From: Octopus sinensis
Taxonomy: Eukaryota
Direction of reading: 5' to 3'
Assembly: GCF_006345805.1 (NCBI RefSeq)
Contig: NC_042997.1
Span: 61,442,001 to 61,506,000, forward strand
DNA length: 64,000 bases
Shown one piece after another: positions 23,569 to 34,479 of the stretch (its first letter is position 1; the number at the start of each line of letters is the position of its first letter). The translations under genes and the position numbers were made by a program. Below the pieces are notes generated by a model. It was not told the origin of the DNA. It did not search any database and worked only from the letters and a program-made list of their open reading frames with translations.

Positions 23569-25766
23569 GTGGATCTTTTCGCGGGCGCTTGTCAGCGTGC
23601 ATTGGAGCGGTTCAACTTCTCCAGGCGCCAACGCCGCCTCAACATCTCCCCGGCTGAGCTCTTGGCTCTTCGTTCCCTCCAACGGCGCGCTGACATTATC
23701 ATCAAACCGGCTGACAAGGGTGGAGCTGTAGTGGTGTGGCGCGCGGACCTCTATAGGCCGAGGCTTTCCGCCAACTCAATGACACCTCCTTCTATTCCCC
23801 TCTGCCCTCTAACCCCACACGTAGCTACCAACAGACGGTATCCTCTACCGTCCAAGACCTCATCTCGTCCTCCCGTCTCCCCCGCACCGCATCCAACCTA
23901 ATTGTGCGAACCCCACGTACCCCCACCATTTACTTCCTCCCCAAAATCCACAAACCCAACAACCCTGGCCGCCCCATCGTCTCCGCCTGTAACTGCCCCA
24001 CGGAGCTCATCTCTAAATACCTCGACCGTGTCCTTGCCCCCCTAGTGGCATCTCTTCCCTCCCACATCCACGATACCAACCATGCTCTCCGGCTTTTCAA
24101 CTCTTTCTCCTTTCCTCCCGGCTCCTCCAAAATCCTTTTTACTATGGACATCCGAAGCCTCTATACTGTTATCCCTCACCACGAAGGACTGCAGGCCCTT
24201 CGACACTTTCTTGACCTCCGCTCTAACCCTGTACCTGACACCTCCACACTCATTCGTCTGGCCGAACTTGTCCTTACTCTGAACTGCTTCTCGTTCGCGG
24301 GCGAGTTCTACCATCAGGTCTCGGGAGTGGCCATGGGAACGCGAATGGGCCCCAACTATGCGAACCTGTTCGTTGGCTATGTTGAGGCCCAAATATTCTC
24401 TAATTTCACTGGTCCCACTCCTGAACTATATGGTCGTTATATTGACGACATTATCGGTGCCACCTCACTCTCCCGCGAACATCTAGATTCCTTCCTCTCT
24501 TTCGTCCAATCTTTCCATCCAGCCCTCCACTTCACTTCCACTATCTCCTTCCTCGACATTTCGGTTAGCATTCTTCACTCCACTCTTACCACCTCCATTC
24601 ACTACAAACACACAGACTCACACTCATACCTCAACTTCTCTTCCTCCCACCCAGAACACACCAAGCTTTCCATCCCCTATTCCCAATTCCTCCGTCTACG
24701 TAGGCTCTGTAGTGACGACCATGACTTTGAGACTCAGTCTCAACGTATGGCTCACCACTTCACCCTACGTGGATACCCCCTCACCACTATCCACACCGCC
24801 CTTGCCAGAGCACGGTCCGTGGACCGTGTATCTGCTCTCTCTCCCCGAACCCGCCCTGTAGTCTCCCGCCTCCCTTTTCCCCTCACTTACCACCCCACGA
24901 CCCTACGTCTCCAACGCACCATTCTTCGAGCTTTCCGTCATCTCCAGTCCGACCCGTCCACTTCACACCTCTTCCCTAACCGACCCCTCCCCTCTTTCAA
25001 ACGAGCCCACAACCTTCGAGACCTTTTGGTCCATAGCTCCTTCCCTGACCCTACCTCCCAACCCGGCTCGTTCCCCTGCTCCCGCCCACGTTGCCGCACT
25101 TGCCCTTACCTCTCCAACACCACCCGCCTCACTAGCACCCACCATCGACCCTATCCCATCATCCACTCCTTCACCTGCACCTCCAGCAATATTATCTATT
25201 GCATCTCTTGCTCTCTCTGCAATTCCTTGTACATCGGACAAACGGGACGCCGCTTGGCTGACCGGTTCGCGGAACACCTTCGTGACATCCACCTTGCGAA
25301 CGACACACCGGTCTCACGCCATTTCCGCTCCACCGGTCACTCCTTGCAACACCTATCTGTGTTCGGTTTGTCCTTACACAGAGGCCATCCGGATTCCCGT
25401 TTGCGCCGTGAACAGGAATTAATCTTCTCTCTTCGCTCTTATACGCCATTTGGTCTCAACTCTCCCCCCTCCTCATCTAACCTCCCCCCTCCTCACCTAT
25501 CCTTTCTCCCCCCCGACCCCTACTTCTTCAGTCCTTCATCCTTTCACCCCTACTCCCCTTCCCTTCTTCCCTCTTTCTCCCTCCCTCTTCCCCTTCCCTC
25601 TGCTCCCTCACTCCCTCTCTCCCCTTCTCTCTCCCCCTCATCCCCTCCTTCTCCCCCATCTCTCCTCTCCCCCTCTCCTCCCCTCTTCTTCCCCTCCCCT
25701 TCTCCCCCCTCTTCTCCCCCTCCCCTCTTCTCCCCGTCCCCCTCTTCTCCTCACTACACCACATGA
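23569..25766 (+). CDS. Penelope-like reverse transcriptase + GIY-YIG endonuclease; one -1 frameshift at ~23755
   Basis: [23 protein letters not shown]...[64 protein letters not shown]. The frame of ORF 23904 is open back to 23757. Confidence 0.93.
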
Positions 25767-26306
25767 CTTTACACATCACATCACATATGTGCCATACTAA
25801 TACACACACCAACTAATACATACTAATACGTACTAATACATACTAGTACATACTAATACTTACACCAACCCTATACATACACACGTCCAGACCCCGCATA
25901 CGCACTTATACTCTCTCACACACACACACAATACCTATACATACCAATACGTACTAATACATACTAATACATACTAATACATACACCAACCCCATACATA
26001 CGCATGTCCAGACCAATCTTACGCACTAATACTCTCTCATACACACACACACACACAAACCCACACACACACACCCTTATACATACTAATACATACACCA
26101 ACCCTATACATACACACATCCAGACCCCTCCCACGCACTTTTAGCTGGTCCCTCAACCCTTTTATCAACTATTATCTCCCCTATTTCGCTCTCGCGTCTC
26201 ATGTTTGATCTTTGACCTCTGGCCGAAATCAGATCGCCATGTTGATTCGTTAGCTACTGCACGCATTTTTTTTCTCCTTCTTTCTGTGTTTTTCTCTCTC
26301 TGTGTA

Positions 26307-26344
26307 TCTTTCTGTTGAAGAGCGTAGGCTCGAAACGTTAAAGA
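26307..26344 (+). ncRNA. Minimal type I hammerhead-like ribozyme with variant core
   Basis: UCUUU-CUGUUGA-A-GAGC(GUAG)GCUC-GAAAC-GU-U-AAAGA: stem I UCUUU/AAAGA, 4-bp stem II, loopless palindromic stem III ACGU; core position 6 is U instead of A. Confidence 0.65.
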
Positions 26345-26437
26345 CTTGTTTTATTTATATTCCTGAGCGCCATACTAATACAATTGTTCGTTGTTTTCAC
26401 CTGCCTTCGTCTTTTGTTTATTTTCATAAAGCTTCCC

Positions 26438-26471
<34 letters not shown>

Positions 26472-26522
26472 TACACAGAAAGAGAGAGAGTGAGAGAGGC
26501 ACACACATATATTTATATTTAT

Positions 26523-27990
26523 ACTAGCAGAAATACCTAGTGTTGCCTGGGTTAAAGAAAATAATGAAATTTGAAAATGCCATGTAGATTACGCAAGTCT
26601 CAACTGCTAGTAGCTGAGATACCAACTTTCTACATAACTCTGCAACCCATGCCATCATGGAACATAGATGTTAAGTGAAATGCGAAAAGCAAGTTTTCAA
26701 CTTATATATGTATATAAAGTAAATACATGTTTGTCTAACTTATTTCAAACCCAAAAACAGGTACAGATTATAAACAAGGAAAGGAAGGCTGTGCATAGAG
26801 CACGTATGCGCACACACATGCATGCATGCATGCGCGCACGCATACACACACACACTCACACACACACAGTGAATATGTCACGTTATTGTTTCACTTTTAT
26901 ACACATAGATTTACATTCATGCATGTCACTTGAAAAGTGAAAGTGTAATAGTAATACTTTAACACTCAATGGTTTTACACTTCTGTATATAATATGGACC
27001 TACTATTCATGTAAGTGCTTCTGTATATACTGTGTCTTCTGTCTTGCACTGTTTATCACTCGAAATGTAGAGGTCCTTTTCATCTCCAACTCTAGAACAT
27101 CCAACATGCAGCTGGCCATGTGAGAAGCAAGGTTGAAGGAGGTTAAGTCCCACCACCTTTAGAGATTGAACTTGTGCTTTGTTGACAGACATTGCAAAGC
27201 TAAGTTTGACAGGAAACTGCAGTCCCTTGAACTGAAAGGGGAGATCATTTGAGATGAGAGGTATCCTTGGAATGAAGACATTCTTGCCCATCATGTTGCC
27301 ATGATGGAGAAGAGGTTTCTCAGTTGCATAGGTGACTTGCACATTTGTGCCTCTGTCAGAGTGGCATCCAAGTGTGTATCATCTTCCAGAAGACCTCTGA
27401 GATACCAAGCCTGATGATATGTTTGACATACTGCATTATCAACCATATGTAAGGCTGTAAATGATGTGGGTCACTTGACATGGTGTAATAGAAGTTTGAG
27501 ATAGTAGCACTGTGAGTAGTTGGGATGAACAGCATAGACTCTGCCAAGTGCGTCTGATTTCTTGATTCCCAGATGATGGGTGCTGCAAATGCATGTCTTT
27601 TCCATTTTTTTTGGTACCGGTTATAGAATTGTGGAACTTCATTGTATAGCAGTCTTGTAGCAAATTCATCATCTTGACAGAGCTTGAAGAATGCTGTGAG
27701 TGTGGTATTTTTGTGAGCTTCCATTTATAGTTGGACTGTGTCTGTCAGTGTGCTGACTCTGAGATGAAGGCCAATGTCACGCTTGTCATTTCATTTGCTG
27801 TTGGCACATTAAACCTCCCTCCATGTTGACCAGATGGTTTCTTGTCTGATCTGTTGTAATCCATGGAGTCAGGTGGAATTGTTTCAAGTGCAGTACGTAC
27901 ATACGTACATACATACATACATACATACATACATACAGACAGACAGACAGACAGACAGACAACCAGCCAGCCAGCCAGCAAAATAGTTAG
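26523..27990 (-). mobile_element. Internally deleted Helitron
   Basis: Minus-strand 3' end ACCCAGGCAACACTAGGT-ATTTCTG-CTAG|T (CTAG at 26523-26526); three RepHel fragments in native order: RFNVPTANE (~27760-27890), TTLTAFFKLC..DEFA..LLY.EVP (27400-27724), Pif1 helicase C-terminus (27007-27300); (TGTC)n/(TGTA)n near the 5' end. Confidence 0.85.
27007..27342 (-). pseudogene. Helitron Pif1-family helicase C-terminal fragment
   Basis: IPRIPLI...QFPVKLSFAMSVNKAQVQSLKVVG...CFSHGQLHVGCSRV matches the Pif1 motifs (FAMTINKSQGQ; HGQLYVA.SRV). Confidence 0.9.
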
Positions 27991-28199
27991 TCATGGGCAG
28001 ACTATGACCTGCCTAATGATTAGCCATTTCTCTTATAATTTGCTTCCCAAAAAACAGTTATCCATGCCTAGTATAGAATATGAGATAAGTAAAAAAACGG
28101 TGGGGATAGAGTTTAAATATATAAAAGAGTAAAAATTAGTTGGAAAAGGTATTAGTGTTGAGGAAGAGAAGTAGGGAACATATCAGAAACTAGATGTTA

Positions 28200-29530
28200 T
28201 CAAAAGAATATCAATGGGTATTAAACTTATATGAAATGGAATAACCCTGTGCTGTATTCTTAATGTTTATGGAAATTTGAATGAAGGCTCAGCTTGTTTG
28301 ATTTCGCAGTTAAATTTCTAGTGTTCAAATCTTAAATCTATGGATGTTGATAGCTTTGATCTTTGGAAGTAATAATTAACGATACTTTGACATCTTAATT
28401 GTAATACATTCTGGAGAAATCTGTATGTAATTTAGAAGTTATGAATGAGATAAAACACTCTACAGAACATGTCCAAATTCATTTTGAATAACTGTTATAC
28501 TTCTAGTGAGAAATTTATTCATTGAAATTTCTAATGATGTAATGTTTAAGTGATAATGCTAAAGATGAAAAGATGGCTCTTTTTATTTTGCTTGAAATTA
28601 CTATACATTCAAAGATTGTGTTTCAGATACATTTAATTACACTAAGTAACAAAATTTTTGCTACTATTCGATGAAATGGTGTTCATAGGTAATTTGGGAG
28701 CACTAATTCTGAATCTGCAACCATTTTTACTTTAGTATGTCACGTTTTTGTGCTATCATTATTATACTGCTATCACAATTACAATAATGTGAAAATTCAT
28801 GACAAACATGAAGCGCCCATAGTTTATCTTGGTCCCCAACTTTTCACCCAAATTAAGGCTTGTAAGCATTTATAATTTTCTTTGTAAGCTTATTTCTCTG
28901 ATCTTTTGATGTAAATTTTCCACAGACGTAACAAAAGCTGTCCGGGTGATTAACAAAAAACTTTTCTGCTCATCATAAATATGTACAGTAATAACCTAAA
29001 TCAACACCCAAGGAAGCCTATCAGTAAACTAAAATATAAAATTAATCAACTGTAAATGTTACTGTAAAACATCAAAATATATTTCTCAGAAAAAAATCAC
29101 TGAAATTATTATAGAATGTACTGAATCTAGGGCTATCACGAAACAATTTTTTCCATCTCTAAATTTCAAATATTGATCACTTTAATAAATAACTAAACTT
29201 ACTACTAAACTACTTTGTTGTACAGTTATCAAGAAAAGGGAATCTGAGAGGCTTACTATAACCTAATATCAATAGCCTACAGTGAGGAGAACTGTAAAAA
29301 TCATCTAATGATTAGCCATTTCTCATATAGCCTGCTTCTCAAAAAATAGTTATCCATGCCTAGTATAGAATATGAGATAAATAAAAATGGTGGGGATAGA
29401 GTTTAAATATATAAAAGTGTAAATATATAAATATTTGATATAAAATATTAAATATAAATATTCAAATATATAAAACAGTGAGCTGAAAAAGTTTTAATAG
29501 CATGACAAAATTTTTTTTTGTTGCCCAGTG
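28200..29530 (-). mobile_element. Degraded Chapaev3-like (CMC superfamily) DNA transposon, left end and transposase N-terminus
   Basis: Minus strand begins TAA|CACTGGGCAACAAAA at 29530; remnant at 28795-28976 reads MMSRK/VNHPDSFCYVCGKFT..QR....AY..*FG*KVGDQDKLWALHVC. Family assignment from recall of this N-terminal motif; right TIR not found. Confidence 0.55.
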
Positions 29531-30825
29531 TTATTGGAAACACTATAAATAAATGATATCCTATTGATTTATCTTGGTATGAGTGGTTAATAAGTTAACT
29601 TTGCAGTTACATGGCTACATAGTTTTGAATGTGACTCCATTATGTAGCACCACAGGAAAGGATCTTTGGCCATAACTTTGGGTTAATGAAGGTTTGGTGA
29701 GTGAAATTTGGTGTGTAGAAGCCTGTTGGAAGGACTGTTCTTATGTTTTAATTATATATGTTGTCACTTGGAGTAGCATCATTACCTGGCTCTTGAGTAC
29801 CTTCAACTGATTCCATTCTATGACCTCAGAATGACTTCCATTCACAAGGTTCAGAGTTCTTGAAAAGGATCATAGGTACTACCATTCCTCATCAGACTAT
29901 GCTATTAAAATATCCCCAAAATTTGGCCTTTTTTCTTTTATTAATTTCAGTTATTTCTACTGTCTAACTTTGATTCTATTTGTGGACTGTGACATTTATC
30001 TATCAATAAGATACAAAGATTATTCTGCTTGCTACTTGAGGAAACAAAAAAAGAGAGTGGCGGGGAGAAAAGAAACTATTTGGCAGGGATAAGTCTGTAA
30101 ATGTCTTTGTGTGAATTCATGCCAGAAAATCTTTGTATACTGAAATTGTATAACCTTTCCAGTTTTAGATGAGTGTATGGATTTAATTTCCACATATTTA
30201 CACACAAAGTTCACATACTCAGTATAGATGAAATGGTTTTTTTCCTGACACTTGAAGCTTATTTATGAGAATTTTTTATAAAATCTTATCTTCTGATCCT
30301 TTAATAGAAAATGAATCTCATAATAGCTGCTTCTGTATATAGAATACTTTGCTTTTTTTTTTATTTCAGTAGATTTACTGACAAAGCCAATTAAAAAAAC
30401 TTCTTGTACATCTTATATTTAAAAAGTAAATAAAGTTTGAAAAATATCTAAATATTTTTCTATTATTATAGTTTTATCTATTAACCTCCTTTTCATCAAA
30501 AGGTAACATTCAATCTATAGAGTTTAATAACATAAATATCAGACTGAAAGAACTAATAAGAACTGGGATCAATACAATATGATTGGGCTAAAGAACCTAC
30601 CGGTGATTCAGCCTCAACATGACCACAGTTCAATTTCTGAAATTGGTTTTTAAAAAAAATGAATTTTTAATTCCTTTACATTCTGTATCATTATATTTAC
30701 TTACTGTCAAAGCTATTTCAGTTCAGTTTCCATTTCAGAAACATTTAATTAATTTTTTCCCTATAAAACAACTTTTACTTCATTTTACATTTCATATATA
30801 TATATATATATATATATCATCATCA

Positions 30826-31320
30826 TCATCATCATCATCATTTAGCGTCCGTTTTCCATGCTAGCATGGGTTGGACGGTTCAACTGGGGTCTGGGGAGCC
30901 CGAAGGCTGCACCAGGCCAGTCAGATCTGGCAGTGTTTCTACAGCTGGATGCCCTTCCTAACGCCAACCACTCCGAGAGTGTAGTGGGTGATTTTATGTG
31001 CCACCGACACAGGTGCCAGACAAGGCTGGCGAACGGCCACGCTCGGATGGTGTTTTTATGTGCCACCGACACAGGTGCCAGACGAGGCTGGCAGACGGCC
31101 ACGCTCGGATGGTGTTTTTATGTGCCACCGACACAGGTGCCAGATGAGGCTGGCGGACGGCCACGATCGGATGGTGTTTGTTACGTCCCCAAAGCACGGA
31201 GGCCAGTCTATGCGGTACTGGCTACGGCCACGTTCGGATGATTTTCTTGTGTGCCACCGGCACTGGTACCACAAAGATACAAATTCCATTGATGTTCATC
31301 TATTTTGATTTGTTTTGATT
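30826..31320 (-). mobile_element. Solo RTE 3'UTR (copy 3 subtype) with ~57-bp internal tandem repeats
   Basis: Near-identical to 39243-39828; three repeats of TTTTATGTGCCACCGACACAGGTGCCAGA...CTCGGATGGTG at ~30990-31170; (ATC)n tail on the plus strand. Confidence 0.93.
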
Positions 31321-31390
31321 TATATATATATATAATTTTTGGATTTGGTTTGCAAGATTCTTTATATGAGTTCATGTGTTGAAGCATATT

Positions 31391-31647
31391 CTGTTGTGTC
31401 TGGGGAGAGTCATTTTCTTTTTGTGCCTTATAATTTAAGACACTTACTGGTAAAATTTCCATTTATTTTTCATTTTTTATTTTCCTAAAATTTTCATTGC
31501 GTCTTGCAACCTTTCCAGTAGTCTTGACTATTGAAAAGGTTGCAAGATGCAACGAAAATTTTAGGAAAATAAAAATAAGAAATTTTACCGATGAGTGTGT
31601 TAAATTATAAGGCACAAAAAGAAAATGACTCTCCCCAGACACAACAG
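31391..31647. mobile_element. Foldback MITE (whole element is a palindrome), probably Tc1/mariner-type
   Basis: CTGTTGTGTCTGGGGAGAGTC... at the left end is the reverse complement of ...GACTCTCCCCAGACACAACAG at the right; loop CTTG at 31523-31526; right flank TA, left flank TT. Confidence 0.8.
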
Positions 31648-31677
31648 TATATATATGTATGTGTGTGTGTGTGTGTG

Positions 31678-32010
31678 AAGGCACATGGCTCAGTGGTTAG
31701 AGTGTCGAGCTTATGATTCTGAGGTTGTGAGCTTGAATCCTGGGTAAGGCTGCATGTTGTGTTCTTGAGCAAGACACTTTATTTCACGTTGCTCCTGTTC
31801 ACTCAGCTGTAGAAATGAGTTGTGACATCACTGGTGCCAAGCTGTATAGGTCTTTGCCTTTCCCCTGGATAACACTGGTGGCGTGGAGAGGGGCGGCCGC
31901 TATGCATGGGCAACTGCTGGTCTTCCATAAACAACCTTGCCTGGACTTGTGCCTGGGAGGGTAACTTTCTAGGTGCAATCCTTTGGTCAGTCATGACCGA
32001 AGGGGGGGTC
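31678..32010 (+). mobile_element. tRNA-derived SINE (second family)
   Basis: A-box TGGCTCAGTGG, B-box-like GCTTGAATCC, then TTGAGCAAGACACTTTATTTCACGTTGCTC...CAGCTGTAGAAATGAG; homolog at 41180-41392. Confidence 0.8.
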
Positions 32011-32429
32011 TTATATATATATATGGTTTTTTTTAACTGTTTAATATTTTCGTGTCTTATATACCAGTATAATCTTGTTTAAAGTGCAGGTATAAAACAT
32101 AAAATATTAAATGTTGAAGATTGTTATCAACTTTAAAGGCTAAAAATGGTTAGCATAACTGTGACTAAGTTACAGACAGTACAAAAACCTAGTGCTATTG
32201 AGAAGAAAGTTGCTAGAAACTTAATGCTATAAACATATATAAAATATTCAGTCAATTGTCTGGCAGATTAACAGCGACCAGTCATTTATCTATGCCACAA
32301 ACACAGGTATGATTAATAGGTGAAATACTCATGAAAAATATGCCATGATTTACACACTTCACTAGAGTTAGTATCAACAATTTTTGCCTAAAAATTATAA
32401 TTTTTGTACATAGTTATCTTAATCTTTTA

Positions 32430-32810
32430 TCAGTTTACTTTTTTCAGTCATTGAACTGCAGCCTTGTTGGGATATTATCTTGACAAGTTTAGCTGAACAT
32501 ATTGACCTTAGTGCTTGTTGTTTTTTTAAATAGTGCTTACTCCATTATTCTCTTTTGCCAAACTGCTAAGTTATAGGAATATACAAACTGGTTGTCAAGT
32601 GGTGGTAGTGGACAAACAATATGAACACACAGATGTGCACACATACAAATATATACATGTTGGGCTTCTCTCAGTTTCCGTCTACCACATCTACTCACAA
32701 GGCTTTAGGGTTAGCCCAGGGCTATAATAGAAGATGCTTGCCCAAGGTGCTGCACAGTGGAACTGAACCCCAAACCAGACAGCTGGGAAGCAAGCTTCTC
32801 ACCCACACTA
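32430..32810 (-). mobile_element. CORE/OR-like SINE
   Basis: Reverse-complement homology to 22050-22455. Confidence 0.75.
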
Positions 32811-33039
32811 CCACACTTATGACTAGTTATAGTAAAAGTTTAGTAAGAGATGAGAACTGTTGACAACAAAGAATTTCTACATTTTCTTTCTTTGCTTGTA
32901 TGGTGGTAAACTTCTAACACAAAAGATGATGATGATACATCCAATGTCACATAACCTGCAACTGATCCAGCATATGACATATGGGCTGCTGGCATAATAT
33001 CCAAGCAACTTTCTCTTAAAATAATTCTTTTATCTTCTA

Positions 33040-33440
33040 TCTTTTACTTATTTCAGTTATTAGACTGTGACCATGCTGGGGCACCATCTTGAAAGGCTCT
33101 AGTCAAAGAAATTGACTCAAGGACTTTTTTTTTGGCTAGTACTTATTCTATTGGTCTCTTTTGAAGAACTGCTAAGTTACAGAGACATAGACACACTGGT
33201 TATCAAGTGGTGGTGGGGAAACAAACACAGACACAAAGCGAAAGAGAGAGAGACACACTCACACACACACACATACACATGATGGACTTATTTCAGTTTC
33301 TTTTTACCAAATCCACCCACAAGTCTTTGGTAGGCCCAATGCGATAGAAGACACTTGCTCAATGTGCCATATAGTGGTACTGTACCCAGAACCTTACGGT
33401 TGGGAAGCAAGCTTCTTACCACACAGCTTTACCTGCACCT
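33040..33440 (-). mobile_element. CORE/OR-like SINE
   Basis: Reverse-complement homology to 22050-22455 (AGAAGACACTTGC..., GGTTGGGAAGCAAGCTTCTTACCACACAGC). Confidence 0.8.
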
Positions 33441-34479
33441 TTATATATAAGAAATAAAGAAAAGTATTTAAGAAAGTATTTATATCAAAGGAATAAAGAA
33501 AAGTGTTTAAGGAAAAAAATTTATTTAGCTTGTTTCATAATCATGGATAGATTCCTTGAACTTTTTAGCTTCATAAACTTCTAGAGCTGCAAGGGTTACA
33601 TCTATACTATAATGGAGATAACTGTTTATTAATTAGTTGGAATTATGTAACTTTTACTAAAAGAAAGTAATGGTTAATGTTCTATTATCTGGTGTTTGTA
33701 ATGTTAACTGCTTTACAAGTGTCTTCAAAATTAATCCTGAGAGCAAACTGAACTCTTGTAAAATATAGCTTGTACATCTAATTATATCATTATCTTCATT
33801 AGTTGCAGCAGCAGCCTTTTAAGTTCACAGTATCATGCCATTCATAACTGTCTTTTTTCATCTAGCATATACTGCACCAGAACAAAAAAGAAAAGCAAAT
33901 AACTGCCAGTTTTGTTGTGTATGTTATATATTTCTAATGCTTTTGTTTGTTGCATTTTATTGTATATATTTTTAAAATATGACAGCTTTGTCACACTTCA
34001 GTAAAATAAAATGTAAGATATATGAGGTAATATGCCAATGTATTACAATATGTAAAGAATGAATATACTTTTATAATCTATTATTCGTTCTACCAAAATC
34101 AATTGCATTTGGAGAATTACTTGAGTACTGGATTGAATTCTTTATAGCCTGAATACAAATCTTTATATTTTTTTAAAGCAGAAATGTCCATGCTATTTGC
34201 CAGCCCTATTGTACTGGTGAGGTTGATGCATATCTGCAAGTTAATGTTAGCTGGTAAAACATTCTAGAGAAGAAGGATTAAGAAAAATGTTTCCATATGC
34301 AATCAAGGAAGATGTGACACAATAAAAAATGATAACAGGAAGAGAAACAGATGGGTTGGTTGAACCTGGGAGGATAGGGTATGTAGATAGTAAGCTATGA
34401 AGAAGATGATGACAAAGAAGAAGGAGAATGAGGAGAAGAGAGAGATTTGTAGTAATCTTAAAAGATTAGATTAGTACTT

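Larger units (their letters stand above)
23558..26420 (+). mobile_element. 5'-truncated Penelope-like retroelement (GIY-YIG type, Neptune-like Cys-rich linker)
   Basis: RT + GIY-YIG ORF, then a C/T-rich tract (25470-25760), CA-rich tandem repeats (25770-26150) and a terminal region containing a hammerhead-like motif (26307-26344). Confidence 0.93.

Noticed and set aside
30605-30640. Candidate 36-nt minus-strand exon (TTTCAG|KLNCGHVEAESP|GTAGGT)
   Set aside because: Plausible splice signals but no recognisable protein and no linked exons; cannot be supported without RNA-seq.
31678-31750. tRNA gene
   Set aside because: Degenerate tRNA-like head continuous with a SINE body; no intact cloverleaf or terminator.
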